Source: Yuukianura sp. NJ FZ-2021 (lineage: Eukaryota). Taken from it: 64,000 nt of DNA. Of this stretch, positions 1 to 13,200 are shown piece by piece. Numbering within the stretch: the first letter of the stretch is position 1; each line of letters opens with the position of its first letter. Both the position numbers and the translations under genes were made by a program. Under the pieces are notes generated by a model. That model was not told where the DNA came from. It made no database searches and worked only from the letters and a program-made list of their open reading frames with translations. The DNA lies in contig CM102289.1 of assembly GCA_046563655.1 (NCBI GenBank), positions 496,001-560,000 on the forward strand. The letters are read 5' to 3'.

Positions 1-789
1 TGGCGGTTTTTCATTGTAACAAAAACTCAAATAATTGAACAAACTCAATTCAAGACATGGAGAGTCTAATCGTCTGGAAACACAAATCCTCCTACTTTCC
101 CAAAATATCTAACAATCTCAACATTTTGTTTAAAAAAAGATTCTTTTTAAGGAGTTTCGAAAAAAAAAGTTCTTTTTAGAATTCTAAAAACGAAAACCTT
201 AATCTAAAACATTAAATCTGTTTTAACTGTCGCTACTCAAGTGAAACTGATTTGAAAATTGTAGCTTTTTCTATTTGCGGCGAAACCTCAAATCTCAAAA
301 CTTCTTCTCCTTTTTTCGCTTTCCTACTGTAGTTTTTTTTACCAAACTATTTTAGGCTAATAAATTTTAAATTTTAAAAACTGAATTTTTAAAACATCAC
401 AAGAAGCACGTGTCCATGATAAAATTTTGATTGGTCAAATCTGAAAAGCGAAAAATTAAATCCTTTTTGTAAGAATCAAAAACTTGTTTCTCCCAAACTT
501 TCAGACCAAATTGATGGAGTTATTTGTTGTTGAGATTTCAAAAAAAGTTTAATCTTTTTCCAATTGAAGTTAGACTACGTTCATGTTAGCTTATGGTCCA
601 ATCTGCCCTATATGAAAGAGGGATAAACAAATAAATATTCAAAACGAAGAAGACAAAGGAGCGGGAGATTTAAAACTTCTTTTGTGCTGTGGATCTGAAG
701 GGGTTTTGGTTCTTATAACATTTAGTTTAGCACCCATGTGCTCCCATTTGTTAAAATGAGAACTCATAATAACCTAATCTCTCCATCAA

Positions 790-880
790 ACCTAACTGGG
801 AGCCCTTAACCAGGAGCCCTTAGCCTAGCATAACTAGGAGCCCTTAGCCTTACTGGGAGCCCTTAGCCTAACCTAACTGG
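790..880. repeat. Degenerate tandem repeat (GGAGCCCTTAGCCTA units mixed with CCTAA)
   Basis: Four GGAGCCCTTA(A/G)CC units interleaved with CCTAAC/CTAACT telomere-like pentamers. Confidence 0.6.
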
Positions 881-3800
881 AAGTAAGCCCTCGCTACTTT
901 GTCAATCACTCTCAATTCACTCCATTCACAACACAAAATAGAACAGAGTCGTTTAAACACTTTTTCAAAAAAGGCATTTTCAAAAAAACTTTTTCTAAAA
1001 CGGTTTCATTCAAAATCTGATCCCCTTTGTACTTCATTTCTTATTCATTGCACAGAGTGTTGTTTGAAAACACGAGGGACAACCTGGAGCTAAATAACGA
1101 ACACATTAACACGAAACTCAAATGTCATTTTTAAAAAAAAACTCACAATTTTCAAAATTTTGAATTTCGGAAGATTTCTAGTTCAAATCACTAAAATTTG
1201 CTTAAAATCGGAAAAAAGCAAACAGAAAGTTAGAACAAGAACTTTATTGTTGTTTATTAAAGTTTTAATTTTTTGGAGAATTTTACATTTCCTTTGTAAA
1301 TTTTGTTTAAAATTCGTGAGAATTTTGAGAGGACTTGGAGTAAAACCACTATCATGAAAATCGTTTCTTGAAAATCTCAAAAGTACACATTCGAAAATCT
1401 CGCGGTTTAGAAAAAGAAAAACCTTTTCAGAAAAGCTGTTCTAGTTTTCTATCAACTTGAAAATCAAAAATACAAAAACCATGAGTGTGTCCTTCAGTTT
1501 TCAAATGAAAAGCAAAGCCCAAGTTTACATTTTGGCTTAAGAATTTTGTTCAAAAACGAATTTGGGCCACTCGTGAATTTAAAAAAAAATGAAAGAACAA
1601 AATTTTGAACATGTTGAAATGGGAAGAAGTTGCAATTTTCTGATTTGGAGAAAACTATTTTCTGTTTTTTATTGTCGTTGGATAGAAATTATTTGTTTTA
1701 CCGCTTGGATTGAGCGTGAAGTGTTTGCTCATGCGCAGAGCCTTCGTCCGTGGTTTGTAGCGTGTCAAATTTTTGAAGTGCCCCAAATTCAAATTCTTGT
1801 GCCACAATATTAAAAAAGGAGCGGGAAAAGCTGTTCTTCTTGTTTGAAAATTACGTTTTGAAATTTCAATCACATTTTTGGAAGTGCTGTTTCCCTCTGT
1901 ACTGTTTACCATTGGAGTGCTAAACATGTTCACTTTATTTACATTCTGAGTCGGCCTGATTTCATGCCCAAGTGAGCACACTCCGTTTGATCTCCGCTTT
2001 GGCCTTGGACGGAGAGCGGGAAAATAGAAATTTCATTTATTTGCTTGTTTGAAACAAACTTTTTAGAACAAGAACTCCGCTTGTCGCTTGTTGATGAAAA
2101 TGTTTCACCGAAAGGGGACAAATATCACACCGACTCAAATCCTCATTAAGTGAAACGAAGTATTACAAGCACACACATTTGGCAATTTCAACTTCAACAA
2201 TACAACAATTTCAGCCCTCTCATAACACGCTTCAACAGTCAAGTGCTTCCAAAATTTCGAAAAACTTTCAAAAAAGTCAAAAACAAAAACAATGTTTTTC
2301 GAAAGTTGAGAGCCGCAGTGTTTCGTTTGAAATTCGCAGTTTTTAGAAAAAAAAATCCTACTATCTGCCTCTACCACAATAAAAAAAAGTGCGTGTTATC
2401 TAAATTGCTGCGTACTATACAAAAGGAAGTCATTTTCCAAAAATTTGGAAATGTGCTAAAGCGTTTCTGTTGAAGGAATCTGCGTTTAGAATTTTATATA
2501 GTGCGCATTATCTAAGCTGTGCGTGCTATACAAGAAAACACTAGAAAAAGTTATTGTTAGAGAAAGAAGAGAAAGAGTTGAAAAAACTTTTCTTTTTGTC
2601 TACTTTTTTCATTTCTTTTTGTCTTCTTCAAAATCCAAAGTTTTTGATTACTTTTTCCTTCTAATTGTGATTTCTCTTTTGTTTTTTGCTAAACTCTTCC
2701 CTTTCTCGTAGCTCAAAATTTGATTTGGTGTGTAGTGAAAGTGGAGATGAAAATATTATGTTGGAAATGATATTAGAGTTGGTGTAGCGTGATGATGGGA
2801 CTGTTTTGTGTTTTTGCGTGATCACATTAGGGAATTGGAGGAAGCTCGTAATTTCGTCGTTTCTGGAAGAGGCAATTCCTTGTCTGCAGCTCACTGAGCC
2901 AGAAGTCAAGTTTGGAATTTAATTCAATCCCCAAAGAATTCCCGCGTCTTTCTCTCCAGATGCAAAGTAAAGTGTTTGCGTTGAGAGAGGAATAATGCTT
3001 ACATTTCACCACTCCACTTTCACTTTCACAAACGACCAGGAATTCACTTTCTCCCAACAAAAAAAAATGAACGACCAAAAGAAACTGGCTGACGACAGCT
3101 CTAGATTTCCATGATGCTCAAAATCCGAAAATTTGCTGACGGACGTGAAAAAAACCGCGGCGTGAAAAATCTAATTTCGGTGTGGCTTAGCCTTAACTCG
3201 CTTGTTTTCCTCCAATCTCAAACAAAACACTTTTATTAAATTTAACTGTAAGGTTGGCATTTGAATTGGCGGGATTTCAAAATTTGTCAATTTGGCAGAA
3301 TTTTAAAATTGAAAATTTAGCCTGTTTTTCTTTGAACTGAAACTCGGTGTGAAAGTTTTGTAACTTTTTTGACCCTCATCAGTTGCAAAAAATGGTTTTG
3401 AACAAAAGATAGTTGAGGTAACAGTTGTTTCATAAGTTCAATAACTCATGCATAGTTGAAGTAGGGCCAAGGGACCCTTGAAGGGCCCCTCACTTGGAAA
3501 GCAGAGTACAAATAAGGCGGGTATTTTGAAGTGTGCTTCTCTTGACTGTTTGTTAATCGCCTCTCTTTTCTTTCTTAATCACACAACCACACATGACACA
3601 CACACATCTACAACATTGCTTCAAACCACTTGTTCAATACTTTTTTTTTCAAAAACTCCCGGTTTTTTTAAGTACCCGCCAAACCGTGTACTTGGAGAGG
3701 ATCATCGTGTTCCTAAACCTCAACAGTTGGTCAAGGACTTAAGTGGAAGAACAAGAGCTCAATATTTTCAGATTTATGTTTTTGGACAGTTTTATTAGAA

Positions 3801-3982
3801 GGCTGTGGATGGACGTGGAAAACTGCAAAAAGACGGAATCGGACATACATGGACGGAAAAAAAGAGACAGATGAACATATGGACGAGGATACTACGTTAT
3901 GCTATGGTAGATCTTGATTACATCATGTATGTCACATGTTGCCGTCCATTTCTTGGTCGTCCATAATTATCCGTCCACAGCC
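3801..3982. mobile_element. Possible small MITE
   Basis: Terminal inverted repeat GGCTGTGGA(T/C)GGA ... TCCGTCCACAGCC with internal GGAC/GTCC subrepeats; no clear TSD. Confidence 0.45.
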
Positions 3983-5024
3983 GTCCTGAAACTAGAAAAG
4001 ACGGAAATAATAATATTTTTTCTTGATGACAAAATTCTCACACCACTTTTTCATTTCCAAAATCATCTTCGAAAAATTTTTGTGGTACTACAACGTCATC
4101 CAGTAAGAAAGAAAATTTCATTTCGAAAATATTTTCATTTCTCTGGAGAAAATACAAAAATCGATTTTGAAAAAATGCGGGTTTTGTGGGAATGCGTCAC
4201 TGGTAAGCAAAAACAAGAAAAGTTCTTCTAGATTTTCTGTTTTGATGTTCAGCTTTTGTGTGACAAGAATGACCAAAAGTTTTTAGTATACATTCCTGGC
4301 CAAAATCTAAACAGTTTTTGAAAAACTGTTTTTTAATAAAAAAAATTTTGAAAACTTGTGTTTTTTTTCTCGAAAGTTTAACTTTTGGCAGATGAGTTGG
4401 TTGGTGGAGAGTTTATGAGACAAGGATTTTGAAAAACAAATATTTTCAAAAGTTGATGAAGAATGCAGACTTCCTAAAATTTCTAAACGGAAAACTCATT
4501 TTCAAAAACATTTGGTTTTTAAAATTACGGGTGAGCAGGAAAATAACTCATTTTTCAAAAAAATAACAAAAAGTGAGCAACTGGAATAGCAATTGACAAT
4601 GTTAACATGTTGACACTTTTCCAAAAACTAAAATCACATGCATTCCTTCATTTGTTTTTCCATTTGACATGGTCTGTCATCCTCACAAAATACTTTTCAA
4701 ATCAACTTTTCAAATTTCGAAAATTCCCTCCAAAAAAAAACAGAAATTTGAGTCACTTTAAAGCCTGTTTTGAAATTGAAAGTCAAATTGTCACGTACAA
4801 AGTCACAGAAAATTTATCCTCCACTTCCGCTTTTCTCCCCCACTTTTCAAAAAACACGCGCTTTTGGCGCGTCTCAGTCACAGTTGGGTTTCAGGGTGAC
4901 ATTAATCCAAAGCATTTGAACTTGGCGCGCACAAGTTTTTTGAAAACAGTGTGGGCTGCGATGGAAAACATTGTGAGATCCAGTTTCTGTTCTTTAAAGC
5001 GGCGGTTCTTGTGAAAATTGGCTT

Positions 5025-5090
5025 AGGGAGGTGGGCTAAGTGGCTTTGGCCACGCCCTCTTGCTCCTCGGCTCCACCAATCAGAATGCAG
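5025..5090 (+). promoter_or_regulatory. Candidate FoxD proximal promoter (GC/CACCC-like boxes and CCAAT box)
   Basis: GC-rich island GGGAGGTGGG...CCACGCCC...CCAATCAG about 520 bp upstream of the FoxD ATG within AT-rich DNA. Confidence 0.35.
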
Positions 5091-5604
5091 GAAATTCCTC
5101 TCCCCAGTGAGAATACGTTAGGAACATAACCTAACTTTAGCCTAACCAAAACTCAGCACAGGAAGAACATAATATTAGTTTCCCCTAACTTCACACAACG
5201 CGCAAACAGCAAAACATTGGACTCAATTCCACTCACTTTTCTTTGTGGAAAGAATCAAAATCAAAATTAGTCTAACTCTACTAATCGACCAGCACAGTAG
5301 GAGTCAGTGGCAACTTTCAAAATATTTTCACAAATTTCTCAAAACAAAATTTTGGTGGTCGTAATTTCCAAATTCCAAATTTGAGTGAAAAAGTGAAAGT
5401 TGGCAGGCAACGGCGAAAGTCTCAAGAATTTTGAACAATCAAATTTAAAGCACATGCGATGAGAATTGACACTGAAAAGTTCAAAAGAATTTTTCAAAGT
5501 GAAAGTTCCAAAAGAATTGAAGCAGGCGGTTTTCAAAATTTGTGACTTTCAAAATTTCTGTCTAAAATTTGAAAAAGGGGTATGAATTTTGAAATTTGAG
5601 GACA

Positions 5605-7427
5605 ATGTATTCGTCGGTGATTCAAAAGTGTGACCATGGTTACAGTCCGCTTGACTTACGCGGATCTCACATCGGAGAAGAATCCGATTCGGATATTAAT
5701 GTCGAATCGGATGACGAATTGTTGCAAGTTTCAACAACACATTCAGGTAAAACCTCAACAATGTACATATTTTTTTTTCAAAAAATTACAAGTTTTTCAA
5801 AATTTTGAGTAATTTTTAAACTAAAATTTCAAGTAAAAGTTAAATCAGAATTCGAAAAACATTTTTCACACAGCCCCGTTTTGTCGAATTTTATTTTTTT
5901 TTTACCCTCGGACAAATTTTTAAACGAAACTGCGTGAATTTCTAACCGTTTTCGTTCCCGTTGTTCTTGCTTGTAAAAACTAAACTTTCTTACAACTTGA
6001 AAACTAAAACTTGAAAATTTCAAAATTTTGAACTTTAAAATTTTTTAGACGGTGAAGATGTACAAGAAATGTTTGGAGCTGCTGCTGCAGCATCGCTTCT
6101 CAGCGTCACTGCTGCTCACCACCGAATTCATCTTCCCGAAACAGAAAATTCGCATTCCCCAATACAGTCAAATCACGAATTTGAATCATCCCATTCTCCC
6201 ACTTCACCATGTGGGACCCACCCTGGTGGGACCAGCCCCACCAAGAAAAGTGGCTCCACCAGCAGCAATTCACTAGTGAAACCCCCTTACTCCTACATTG
6301 CTCTCATCACAATGTCCATTCTCCAGTCGCCCCAGAAGAAACTAACGTTATCCGGAATCTGCGATTTCATCATGAATCGATTTCCGTACTACAGAGACAA
6401 GTTTCCTGCTTGGCAAAATTCCATTCGACACAATTTGAGTCTCAACGACTGCTTCATCAAGATTCCGCGTGAACCTGGGAACCCTGGGAAAGGGAACTAC
6501 TGGACCCTTGACCCCTTGGCAGAAGACATGTTCGACAATGGCTCATTTCTGCGCAGACGCAAGAGGTACAAGCGTCCTGGTCACCATGGTCACCATCACC
6601 ACCATCCCCATGCCCACCTCCACATGCAGCATCCACACCCCGGCGGGGTTGCCGATTTCTTCCACCACGCTGCAGCCATGATAGCCTCCAACCAAATCCC
6701 ACACCACCCCGCCTTCTGCCCACCCTTCCCACCCCCTGCTCTTCTCAATGGAATCGGCATGGGCAACCCCACTCTTGATCTCTACCCCTTTCTCAACGGG
6801 GTTCCACATTTAACCCCGCCGGGGTTTCTCAATCCCCGGGGTCAACGCCATGAGGCGGAGATTTCCAGAGGTCAACGTCCTGATGTGTCAATTTCGCAAG
6901 GTCAACGTCCTGACGGGTCAATGTCGCAAGGTCAACGTCCTGACGGGTCAATGTCGCAAGGTCAACGTCCTGACGGGTCAATGTCGCAAGGTCAACGTCC
7001 TGACGGGTCAATGTCGCAAGGTCAGCAACCGGAAGAAGCAATAGCTGGGCCGAGTGAGGATTCCGAACCGACCAAAAGTGTTAGTCCAGTTGACCGGTCG
7101 GAAGAAACCGAACTCGATTCGGAAAATGAACGAAACTCTCCGATAGCTTCATCTTTAAGAAAACGGAAAGACACTGGATTTTCAATAGATCGATTGATTG
7201 GGACGGTCAGCGATGAAATGACACACAAAGGTCAACGACTCCGCACAGAGGTCAAACGGCGACATTTCATCCAGAAAGGAAACAATTGTAGTCATGGCGA
7301 CAGTTCAGAAAATGCAGAAAAAGCTGAACTGCAGTTAGGTGTAGGAAATCTTTTGAACAGTGCTTTCGTTCCGCATAGGATTTTTCCAGGTAATTTGCCA
7401 TGGAACACTAAGCCCCGCCTCCTGTAA
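5605..7427 (+). CDS. FoxD: Forkhead box D transcription factor (FoxD/Fd59A-like), ~506 aa
   Basis: join(5605..5746,6049..7427) with a phase-consistent GT-AG intron. Forkhead domain [59 protein letters not shown]...[14 protein letters not shown] is FoxD-type. Acidic N-terminal DINVESD motif, His tract and C-terminal eh1 motif FSIDRLIG. Confidence 0.95.
6840..7030 (+). repeat. In-frame 30-bp coding minisatellite in FoxD ([10 protein letters not shown])
   Basis: Four identical units GGTCAACGTCCTGACGGGTCAATGTCGCAA (6900-7019) plus two degenerate units upstream and a partial unit downstream. Confidence 0.95.
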
Positions 7428-9435
7428 TTCAATTCCAGTTTTTGTTAAACTTATTCAACTTAAGTTATAAGTTTTAACTTAAAAGTTTTAACTTACAACG
7501 TATGTTAAAATGTTAGAGTAAAAATTTAAGTTAGGCTATGTTAAAAACTTAATTGTAAAACAATAGCGGTTAACCTCGTTATTCTTTACCCGTTGTCGTC
7601 ATGTGATAGATGAAATTTTGAATTTCGAAATAATTCAGTTTCATAATTTTGAATTTCGAAAGGTTTCAGAATTTTAGAATTTTAGAACAGAAATTTAGAC
7701 TTCTACAAAGTAGTTTGAGTTTTCGAGCAAAAATTTGAAGGGCAATCGATGCAATTCCAATAAAACACTTTGCAAATTTCGTCATTTCTGGATAAATTTG
7801 TTTGATTGACGTCACTAAATGCGGAAATTTCAAAAATCCTAATTTTTATAGACGACGTAAGTTTTGGCGCCATAAATTTTTTTTTCAAAGTTAAGCAAGT
7901 TAGCTTAACGGTTGTAAAAGTTTATTAAACAAAATCCTTGCTAGATTTACCAATTTTCAGAAGTTGTGCACAAAAAAAAGCTTTAATAAAAAGGAATCTA
8001 ATCAGCAGCTATAAAAAAAAGTTATAAAAAAAAAGTTGATCTTGGAAAAATGCCGCCGCGAACAAATATTTAAACTTCGTACGTAAACTAACACCTCTTC
8101 GGCTCTTCTTGTTTGAATTGTAGCGCTTTTTAGTGTCTGAATTGATTCGAAACTAAAAAGCGACGTTCGTCATCCATTTATTGTAGGGTTTTACTCAAAA
8201 CCTAAAAAAGTGGAGAGATTAGCCTCTTTTGTTAGAGTAAATTTTCCAATGAAAATTTAATAACAATTTGGGAAAGATAAATTTCACTTCCTAAATTTTT
8301 ACTTTTGAAAGTTTGTCACTCAAAAGAAAAGCCGACAAAAACTTTTATTGCACCTTAAACAAACTTTTCAAATCATCCGACACAAATTTGAAATTCCATT
8401 TCAAAACATATCTCTTTCTTATCGCAATTTCAAAAAGTGCCGCCACTTTTGAAACGGATGACGATTATTTATGCACCGTTTAGTCACACTTTGTATATCA
8501 AACACAAAAGTGGGAAAACAACTTGTCTAATATTCAACATTTGGAAAGTTCAAATTTCCAAATTTCAAAAGATCTTTTCAAAAAGAGCGAAAGGGTTTCG
8601 TTTTACAAAATTTGAAAAAAGGTTCGGGTGGTCAAACACAAAATTTTGGCGGGAAAATGTAAACAAAATTTGTGACAAACTGCCGATTGTTACTTTTTGA
8701 CACATTAAAATATTTGTGTACAAATGACCATTATTAAGGCTCAAAGCCGTTCATACTTTCCGCTACTATTGTTAAAGTCTCGTTGTTTTGGAAAATGAAT
8801 GAAACCGAAGAAGGGCTAAGGGTCCCTCATTGACCCTTAAAGGGCCCCCTTATTGAAATTGAGATTCGGAAGATGAGGTCGTGTGGGAAGTGGACCTTCC
8901 TTGGTGGCTTGTTTTCCTCATACAGTCCAATGGTCTTTGCTAAACTTCAATAAGGGCCCCCTTTGTAGCAAACCGATCCGACAAAAGATCCTTGTCAAAT
9001 TTTGGCAGAAACCAGCAGTCTGGCAATTTACATGCAAGTACCGTAAAGCTCCTAATAAAGTGCCCACACACCTATCAGAATTTGTATAAATACCGATCCT
9101 GTAAACACCTACTCCTGTATACCTACCAACCTAAATATCATGAGGAAACTATGCACTTTATTTTGAAAATTCGAAATCTACATGCAAATACCATAAAACC
9201 TATAATAAAGTTCTTCGGCACCTATCGAAACGGAACGCATCCGGCATTTAATAGGATCATTTCAGAAAGATTTAAATTTTTATGTGAAGATTTTTTGGTG
9301 CTGTTTTTTAGTCCTTTGATTGGATCCTTGTACAATTCTAATCAAATTCAGAATTACGGGTATTTTTCTATTTTTCAATACTTCCGACTTGGAAGTAAAA
9401 GTTTGTATTTACAACAAACAAAAGTAATTCAACAA

Positions 9436-10255
9436 TTATACGGGGCAAATTTCAAGTGTGTCTGATGCAACGTCACAGATTACTGTCGGTGGATTGATCC
9501 ACGGCGGCGATGGACATTCAAAATTTTTACATCGTGTGCATACTTGAGTGTTGAGGCAGGCAATGCCTGCCACTTCAGTTTGAGCAGCGTTTAGGCATGG
9601 CAGAGAAGCTCCTGCTCCGGCACAAACAAGTGGGTTTTTGCACTGATATTTGCAGCAAACGGTGGCGTTTTCACACTTCGGAATAGGAATGCCCGGAAGC
9701 GGAATGTAGATACCGAAATCTGAACCTGAAGCAGAATAAATAAGAATTAGACATGATTCGTATGCAAATTCGTATAAAAAACATCTTTGAATACAAAATA
9801 AATTCTGCCTAAGCAGAACATTGTCAGGTTTTAAATCATGCCTTTACCTTTATCAAAATCGTCTTCGCCGTCGTCTAAGACAAGGTTTGACTCAGCTGAG
9901 TTTGTTAGATTTACGTTCGACCCATCCTGTAAAAGTAATTTTAAGAATTTGTAACTTTTAAATACTACGAAGGAGATGAATTTTAAAACTGAGGAAAAAT
10001 TTGGGATACATAAAACCTGAGATTCCTACTAGTGCAAGAACGTAACCATTATTGAAAATTGATGATTCTCAAAACATTTCTTAAGATTTCAAAAATTAGT
10101 AAGAGTTGTAAAATATTTTAACATGTTCAAAAACAAGGAGAACTTTAGCGGCTCTATTTTTTTACCGTCTGCTGTACATTGGAGACTCTGGCATTGGCAG
10201 TTACAATTATTCCCAACAATGTCAGTGTAACTGGAACAAATGACACTGAAAACAT
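9436..10255 (-). CDS. Secreted cysteine-rich prepropeptide, ~152 aa, unknown function
   Basis: complement(join(9436..9725,9848..9926,10166..10255)); canonical splice sites with matching phases. Signal peptide MFSVSFVPVTLTLLGIIVTANA, acidic spacer DDGEDDFD, then a C-terminal domain with 12 Cys. Confidence 0.8.
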
Positions 10256-13200
10256 GATTTTTTATGGTTGAGATTGAATGAAAACTGCTGAGATTTTTTT
10301 GTGCTAAATGCCGTCCTGTATCTTTTAGCGGGTAAAATCTGATTTCCAAAGAATATACTGAATTCCTTTGTTCAACAAAACTCTATTTATATATTGCGAA
10401 TGTCTTCTGAACGAAAACGTTTAGAGAAGGTCGGGTAAATACGTTTGTTCAAGTGTTCCACTGACTTAGTTTCAATACCAGTCCAACCTTTAGGAGTCCT
10501 TCAAATCATTTCAAACCACAAACACTTGCAGTATTTCAGATTCCAATTCAAAAAGAAATACTAACTACGAAAACATTGTCCTTTCATAGAATTGGAAATT
10601 CAAAAAATTCCCAATTCTCTAAAGCCGTATTGAAATTTTTGAAACTGAAGTGTATGTTGCAACAATTAAGTTAAAGTTTTGAAACTCAAACATAAGTTTG
10701 GATTCTCGGTTAATTTTAGATCGGCGCTTCTTAGACGTTTTACGGTAGAATTAGAGAAAAATAGATTAAATAAATTGTGTTTGCCGCGGTGTTGTTGAGG
10801 TCACTGGAACTGAAATTTGTAAAAACAGTTTTTTTTTCAAAAACGAGAAGTTTGTAGCTATATTTACTTAAAATTTTGGTAAACTTCAAAAAAGAGAATT
10901 AGAAGATGATGGGGGTGCTTCGTGCTTGACACTTGCAGGCACTTCTGTCCGAGTCCTTAGCTTTGTCTTATCCACATTTCCTGTTCTGAGATCCTGAATA
11001 AACAAAGGGATCAAGAACATGTCAAGTCCCCCCACTGAGATTCTTACCAAATTTCAAATATTCCAAACTTTTACAAACCTCAGAAACACTACACTTTTTC
11101 TAAATCTCTGCCACACATTTCCAAAATGAGAGCAACAGGCTCTGTTTATTCAGAAGTTGCTAAACCCATCTTCATCTTCATCCAAAAGTCAAACGTCCAA
11201 AAACATCAAAAAAGTTCACTTTAAGCCAACGAAATTTTTAGTCTAAAAAATATTTTCGGAAAAAAAAATTCCAAAGTTCAACAATTCTCCAGAAAAATTA
11301 TTAAAGAAGAAACGTTTTAAAAGAAAATCCACAAAAACTGTGGCTTTTCATATTTTCATGTTTTTTTTTACTTCAAGGATTTTCGTTTCATATCAGTGCG
11401 TGTTATACGCGAGTGTGTTATACGCGGATAAATACGGTAATGCAACAGAAGTGTTTTTTTATAACGTTAAACAACATCTGATGACTATGTGTTTTGGCTG
11501 TGGCTCAAACTGACTATTTGTTCAATTTGTCATTTCGTAATTTGACAAATTTTGACAACAAATTTGTAGAGTAGAGACTGAAAAACTATTTTTTGAGAGT
11601 AGAGACTGAAAAAGTAGTATTTTTTGTGAGCGTTAGTTAAGATTGGGTTGTGTGGTGAGTGCCAATTAGAGTAACTGATGATGAAGTGGCTAATACTAAT
11701 GTTTTTGGTTGCACCACACATGGTTCTCCATAAGTAAGTGGTTGGAGATCATGTAGTGAGAGATGCTGTTTGTGGAGTTGAGATGAGAGGGTGTTTCCTT
11801 TCAAGAAGACGCCGGGACGTCTAGCAGCTTTCCCAGACTGCGAGGTGTCTCAGCCTCTTAATGGACTCCATACAAAAGTATTTGGACTTATGAGCAGGCG
11901 GGAAAGCTCAAATTTCAAATTTATCCTCAGCTTAACAACCAACCCACAAACACCAAAACCCATTCCTAGTAAATACACAACGAAACTGTTTGAAGAACTG
12001 CCCAAAATGTTTTTTTGGTTCCAAAGTTCGTTTTTTCAATTTTCACAATGTTCGAGTTTTGAGATTTTCACAATTCACGATTTCTCGATTTCGACTTGCT
12101 GCGACTTTTCAAATCTTTATCACGTCCGATTTAGTTTTGGATTTTGCGAGGACGGTGGAATATTTTAGATAAAATCTTCTCCCGGTTTGCTATCTTTCGA
12201 TACGTCGATATCGCGATTATCGAGGATAAAATCATTGTGATGAGTTTGATTATCACAGATAGTGATTTTTTAAGATAAAATTCTGAGTTTTAGTTTTTTT
12301 AACAAAAGTGATTTTGGATTTTGATTCCGCCCGCATAAAATGTTAAACTAACTGGATCAACTGTGTTTTATCCCTCTGTTTGCCTTTGAGCATATAAATG
12401 CAGCAGGGAAGTTTTAAAATCTAGAATTTAGTAAAAGTTTGTGTAAACTGTTTGATTTTGTTCTTACAACAGTTGTTCTTTTCTCACGAGCAAAGTTTAG
12501 AACAAGAAATCTAGAAATGAGAGAACATAGTTACTCCCTCCGGAGGAAGGAAGTTCCCCATTTTCAACTTGTAACTAAAATTTGAAGAAGCCCTCCAGAA
12601 CTTTTTGAAGAGTGGTGTGCTTCCGAACTTAAACTTAAAGTGAGTTTTTCAAAAATAAATGCTACTTTTGAATTGAAACTTTTTGAAAAAATTGTTTCTT
12701 TGTATAGAAAAACTAAAGAGGCAGAAAATTTTGAAAGTGTATTCACAAGTTCCGGATTTTTGACTCAAGTGGATAATTGGACGAACGTTTTGTGGAGAGA
12801 CAGGGAACAAAAAGTTTTTTCAAACTTCCGTTTACTTTTAAAAAAGTAAAAAAAAAATTACTAAATGTTTCAAAAAAAAATTTGAACAATGTTTCGTTTC
12901 ATAAGAGAAGTAAAGTGGAGTAAAGTGTAATTACTATCGAAGCCATTCAAAAGTTTGAAATTTTACAAATTTAAATTTCAGGTTCTTAGAGTTAGTTAGA
13001 TTTTAACTGGAAGACTATAAACCTTCTTTGTCGCGTGGTTTGAAGTTTGTAAAAGTTGGAAATCTTGGAGTTCGTGAGACTTTGTCCAAATGACGATGTT
13101 GAAAATCATGAAAATTTCAGAAGCTCTTAAATTTAGTTTCCAAAACATGGAAACACTTTTACTTTTCAGCACAAGAAAATCCACAAGTTAGGAAACAGCA

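Noticed and set aside
790..880. True telomere or chromosome end
   Set aside because: Only short degenerate CCTAA units embedded in internal sequence.
899..5536. Numerous 60-135 aa ORFs upstream of FoxD, and similar ones at 7700-15000
   Set aside because: K/F/N-rich translations of AT-rich non-coding DNA, often with non-ATG starts, with no motifs or splice-consistent structure.
6209..7228. Alternative-frame and antisense ORFs over FoxD
   Set aside because: Explained by GC-rich codons and the stop-free 30-bp repeat.
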